Origin: Chiloscyllium plagiosum
Taxonomy: Eukaryota
Direction of reading: 5' to 3'
Length of the DNA stretch: 38,160 bases
Assembly (NCBI RefSeq): GCF_004010195.1
Contig: NC_057749.1
Location: 10,712,409-10,750,568 of the forward strand
Made by a program: the position numbers and the translations under genes. Under the pieces are notes generated by a model. That model was given only the letters and a program-made list of their open reading frames with translations, was not told the DNA's origin and made no database searches. Below are positions 33,671 to 38,160 of this stretch, in pieces; position 1 is the stretch's first letter; each line of letters begins with the position of its first letter.

Positions 33671-33689
33671 TGGAAGTCTTGGGGCAAAG

Positions 33690-34075
33690 AGGAAGGGGCA
33701 AGGATTGTGGTCTGGTGATAATGTCAAAGGGCTGGCAATACAGAACCGCAGGAAAATGCTCTGGGAACGCTTTTGAATCCCACCAGTTTATATTCAGTTA
33801 ATAAATAAGGAATTGAAAGTTAATCGCAATGATGTAATCCTGACAATTGTCATCAATTATTGTCAAGTCCATCTGTTTTACTGATTTGTCCTTGGGAAGG
33901 AAATCTACCCTCCTTACCTGGTCTGGCCTCCATATGACCGCAGGTACATAGCAATGTGGTTAATTCTGCACTGCCTTCTGAAATAGCTTAGGAAGCCATT
34001 CAGTTCGAGGGGAATTAGGGATGGGCAGCAAACGCTGATCATGCCAGCAGCACCTACATCCCACAGAAGAATGAG
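33690..34075 (+). mobile_element. Shark SINE, family B, degraded
   Basis: gggaaggaaatctaccctccttacctggtctggcc core and aattagggatgggcagcaaacgctg tail. Confidence 0.72.
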
Positions 34076-34677
34076 AGAATTGGTGTGTTAGATAATGTGA
34101 GGATTCAGACTGGGACTATCCAGAGTTGTTCTCCTTACAGCAGTGATGGTTAAGGAAAAGATTGTATGGAGACATTCGAGAATTGTAAACATCTCCAGTG
34201 CCAGGAGCATCAGTATCAAGAGGATATGGATTTTGGAAAACTGACAGAAGGAGGGATAGAGAGAAGAGGAGATTTCTCTTTTCTGCACAGCAAGTAACTT
34301 GAAAAAGCCACAGAATAAGATTTAATGGTGACATTTAAAAGGGAATTGGATAAGTGTTTGAAGGGGAGTTTTTTGCAGGGCTCCGGAGAAATGGCACAAT
34401 GTAGTGACGACATCCCTCAGTGCTAATGCTGCACATACACTAGGGGATCACCATGACAACTGGGAATGTGGAAACTGGAACGAGATAGAGTATAGAAATG
34501 GGGCATTTGGCCCAATGAATCATGCTGGTGTTTCTACTGCACCCACTGTACTTCATCTTCCTCTATTCCAATATATCCTTCTATTCCTTTCTCCTACGTA
34601 TATTTATCTAACTTCCCCTTAAAGGCATCTTTGCTAATCACCTCTACCTCTCCTTCTGATACACTCTTCCATCTCTA

Positions 34678-34770
34678 AGTTGAAAAGAGTGGGGCTGGAA
34701 AAGCACAGCAGGTCAGGCAACATCTGAGGAGCAGGACAGTCAATATTTCTGGCCCAAACCCTTCATCATG
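34678..34770 (-). mobile_element. Penelope pLTR fragment (family of 7758/18205/27515), hammerhead degraded
   Basis: ctggaaaagcacagcaggtcaggcaacatctgaggagcagg...cccttcatc. Confidence 0.8.
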
Positions 34771-36167
34771 AGCTGTCCACAATGAAGTGACCCAGTAGGT
34801 GCACAGATCTGAGTCATAATATCAACCTGCAACCTTCGAACTTTCTGGAAATCTGAAGCCTGTACTGAGGGCCTCGCTGTTTGTGCAAATTGATACCGGG
34901 AGATGGATGGTGGCGGCTGTTATCTGTCCTTAAGAATTCTAGATTTGTGATTCAGACATCCAACAGAACTCCGACAGATGGTTAGACCGCAGAACTTCTA
35001 ATTTTTCGATTTGAAGGTGTGAAGTCAGGCCATTGATGAGTCTCCAGGATGGTACTAAACCCCTCACAAACCTCTCATTTTCAGCGGCAGTGAGGCTCCA
35101 ATTATCCCAGCCCTCAGGCCTATAAGTCGTCATGCCAACAGATGAGGCCAAGGGTCATGGCTTGGATTGGAGTGGGTCGGTACCATCTAATGTTGACCTT
35201 AAGGATACACAGAGTGCTCTCCAACAAATTACAACATTTGAAAGACATTTGGACAGGTACACGAATGAAAAAAGTTTAGAGGGAAATGGGCCAAACGCAA
35301 GCAAATGGGACCAATTCAGTTTGGGAAATGTGTTCAGCCTGGCTGAATTGGGCCATGTCTCTTTCATGCTGTTTGACTCTATAGATTGCGGGAATAAACA
35401 CCGAGAGTCTGAGAAGCAGCCAGGAAAGGGAAGTCACTGTGGGGTGTATGATGCGTGTTCTGCTGCAATCCTGAATGATGTTTACAATTGTTTGACTTTT
35501 CAATAGCTTTGCAACAAAGCCCTGATTTAATAACACAAACATAATTTTCTCTGTCAGAGCCAATTAGATGAACAAAGGTCTGACTGACCCCCTGGAGGCT
35601 TGAAGCCCTGATCGTCAGCAATAAAGACAAACAGCAGAGTGATGTGGGCATTTAGCTCATCTCCACCTTGCTCCCCTCAGCTCCGTGTTCCTTGTGAAAT
35701 TCTAATGGTTCATCTCATTGGTTAATGCAGAGCATCTTCCACACCAGATTATCAGGGGGTACCTTTATTTCTTTTCCCCTAAAGGTCTGTACTTCAGATG
35801 GCGCCATAAGTGGCAATGTGTAAACTCTGCACTGTACTCCTCTGAGTACAGGTGGCAATAAAGCTCATTCTAATTCCAGTTCTTCATCCTGTGCTCTTAA
35901 GAAGTCCTATGACCAGGATGGTTCTCAAGGATCTACTCTTACCCCTTATGGGATGATGGGGGAAGGGGCTGATTCTGCAAATGCAGCTGAGTCAATTCCA
36001 TACGCACAACCTCATTGAACGGGCCACTACCAGCACCTTCAACACCCCCCTTGGGGGGGGGTAAGGGTAAGGGAACACAAACTCTCAGCGGCGGCATGAA
36101 TTCTAGAGCCTGTCCAATAGGCTTGAGCAATGGCAGAATGGTGGCTCAGTGGTTAGCACTGCTGCTT

Positions 36168-36297
36168 CACTGGAGACGCTCACTGATGATGTTACCTAGT
36201 CATGGTGATGAAACGTCTGAAAACAAACCTTCCAGCTCAGCAAGCTAGCTTACATACTTCTCATCAACCTGATCTATAAATCTTCTCAAGGATCGAC
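36168..36297 (+). mobile_element. Penelope pLTR fragment related to the 3' end of 1112-2030
   Basis: cactgatgatgttacctag...gaaacgtctg...ccagctcagc...ctataaatcttctc parallels 1917-2020. It directly follows a V-SINE head (36130-36167). Confidence 0.8.
36178..36221 (+). ncRNA. Minimal type I hammerhead ribozyme, near-intact
   Basis: tca-CTGATGA(36183-36189)-t-GTTACC-tagtcat-GGTGAT-GAAACGTC(36210-36217)-tga. Core, stem II (with G-U pairs), the ACGT palindrome and a short stem I are all present. Confidence 0.7.
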
Positions 36298-36552
36298 GTC
36301 ACTCCTGACTCACAGCCATATGATTGGCTCTCAACGGCCCTCTAAGAGTGATGAGGGAGTGAAACTAATGTTGGCATTTCCAGGGATGCCCACATCCTGC
36401 CCAAGAATAATAAGTGTCCTTCCTGTATCTGGCGTACACACAGCCGTTACTGAGCAAAATGCCTTGATAGATTCTAATTACATTTCCCACTCCCTCCGCT
36501 GTCCTTTGGCATTTCTGAGGAGCCAGGTAATTCCTCTTGGGTCCTTCTCATT

Positions 36553-36570
36553 CGCCACCAGGGGGCCTCA
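36553..36570 (+). promoter_or_regulatory. CTCF-like site
   Basis: CGCCACCAGGGGGCCTCA; the core CCACCAGGGGGC is the canonical motif. It lies in non-repetitive sequence. Confidence 0.5.
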
Positions 36571-36879
36571 GATGTTCCATTTTCCCAGTAACCTGCCTGA
36601 CCTCTCGCTTCACCACCCCTTTCAAACTTTGCAGTGACCAAAAATTAACAAAGGTCTGCTTACACACCGACTATTGTTACAATACACCCCTGCTGTTCAC
36701 CAAGTGATAATGAACCACACAAGCAAACATCATAAATTGTTACGGTCTGGGAGGCCATTTGCTCCATCGTGGTTGCAGTGGCTCCCTGGATCAGCATTAT
36801 GATTTTGTAGCACGCTTTTGCCTTTGCACCACAACCCAGTTGACAGTTTTTTGATTTAAATCATCATCAAAGCTCTCTT

Positions 36880-37170
36880 AAATGCCCATTTAATGGTTTG
36901 ATTCCAACCTTGGGCGACCATCTATGTGGAATTTGAAAATTCTCTTTTTGTCTGCGTGGGTTTCCTTCGGGTAGTCCAGTTTCATCCCACAGTCCAAAGG
37001 TGAGCAGGTTAGGGTGGATAGGCCATGGGAAACTGCCCCATAGTGTCCAAGGGACATGCAGGCTAGGGTGGATTTGCCATGGGGTGGGTCTGGGTCGGAT
37101 GGCTTTCAGAGGCATTGAGTGGAGTCAATGAGCCCAATAGCCTGCTTCCACACTGTAAGGGATTCTATTC
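36880..37170 (+). mobile_element. V-SINE (HE1-like), degraded
   Basis: tgtctgcgtgggtttccttcggg...cccacagtccaaag...ggccatg...cctgcttccacactgtaagggattct. Confidence 0.8.
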
Positions 37171-38064
37171 TAAGAGAACATGCAGCTCCAAGATATACTT
37201 CATTATGAGACCAACACCATAGGACAAGAACCAAATCGCCTCCAGGCTCTGAACAGATATCTTTGAGTTACCTTAATAAGGTGACATATTGTCAGAGAAT
37301 ATAACATCAACGTATTCAGCTACAACTAATAAATATTGCTTCCTCTTAAGCAACAGTGAAAGACTGCTGTACACATGCCATATCCTGTTCTCATCTCCAC
37401 AACTGAAAAGCCTGATTCCACACATCTCGGGCTGCTCAAATATGCCCCAAATATCACCTCATTCAGGTGCAACAGTTCCTCAGCCTCTCTCAGTGACTTT
37501 TTATTCCAAAATGCCTCAAGTATCCAGGATCCTTCTAATGTCCAGACCTTACATTTACGGTGTATCCTAATGGAGGAAACGTTGGAGGAATGTTAACACA
37601 ATGTTACCAGGCAAGGTTTGGCAGCAGACCACACAGGGAGGTTGCAGTTAAAAACAAGTGACTAAAAGTTTGGTCAATAAGGTCAATTTTAAGGGAAATC
37701 TTGAAGAAAGAGACAGTGGCACAGAGATCAAGTGCGAAAGAGAGAATGCTGCATTTTTTTGTTTACTGCAGACGTACCACTCAAAGGTTGAGGATGGGTA
37801 AAACAATAACATAGGGATATGACTATGCTCATCTATTGGAACTGGCAGGCCATGCAGTCAATCTGACTTATTAGACTGTCAATGTGTTCAGCCTACAATG
37901 ACATGGGACTGCACAACTCATCCTGTCACGTGCTGGAGAATCACGGGCATGGGGTTAATTTCCATATCCTTCAAGGTACACACAGATCACGTCAAAGGGC
38001 CAACTATCGAACGATGAAAACCGAAAAAGCAGAAAGCAGAGATAACAGGCTGCAGAGGGCAGGA

Positions 38065-38160
38065 GGACAGTACAGAGATAGGGAGGGGAGGAGGAGGGTA
38101 CAGAGATAGGGAGGGGAAGAGGAGAATACAAAGATAGGGAGGGGAGGAGGAGAGTACAGG
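38065..38160. repeat. Purine-rich minisatellite (about 29-bp unit), running off the window end
   Basis: Repeated tacagagatagggaggggaggaggag(g/a)g units. Confidence 0.9.

Noticed and set aside
36730..36805. Minus-strand peptide IMLIQGAT resembling the expected upstream CCDC33 exon (VTLHGAT)
   Set aside because: Similarity stops after a few residues, there are no suitable splice sites, and the DNA looks like a degraded LINE 3' UTR.
38065..38160. Regularly spaced repeats suggesting a CRISPR-like array
   Set aside because: The units are contiguous with no unique spacers; this is a eukaryotic minisatellite.

Overview
This is vertebrate genomic DNA, almost certainly from a cartilaginous fish (shark), judged from HE1/V-SINEs, Deu-domain SINEs, shark-type CR1 LINEs and Penelope-like elements. 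The window lies inside a minus-strand gene that I identify as CCDC33 (C2-domain/coiled-coil protein). Four short, phase-compatible coding exons (32738-32871, 9315-9424, 4384-4485, 2232-2323) splice into one open frame that matches my recollection of the human CCDC33 region KSTSEE...PIWGDTVNVEI...VILKVVD...LYATVVRK...IFLRGVNEPL...IARVVPNY. The flanking exons lie outside the window. The rest is intron (including one of about 23.3 kb) densely filled with retroelements. These include Penelope-like elements with GIY-YIG remnants and minimal hammerhead-ribozyme motifs (several as fold-back palindromes), two large CR1 LINE copies (one retaining ORF1 SGNH esterase, APE endonuclease and RT), three SINE families, simple repeats and two assembly gaps. 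The most interesting non-obvious signals are the hammerhead-bearing palindromic mini-elements, a diverged 75-bp twin motif at 11.9/12.7 kb, candidate cryptic exons, RFX/CTCF/CCAAT motif clusters and CNE-like islands. No prokaryotic systems or CRISPR arrays are present. All homology calls are by eye and from memory, not database searches; repeat boundaries are approximate.
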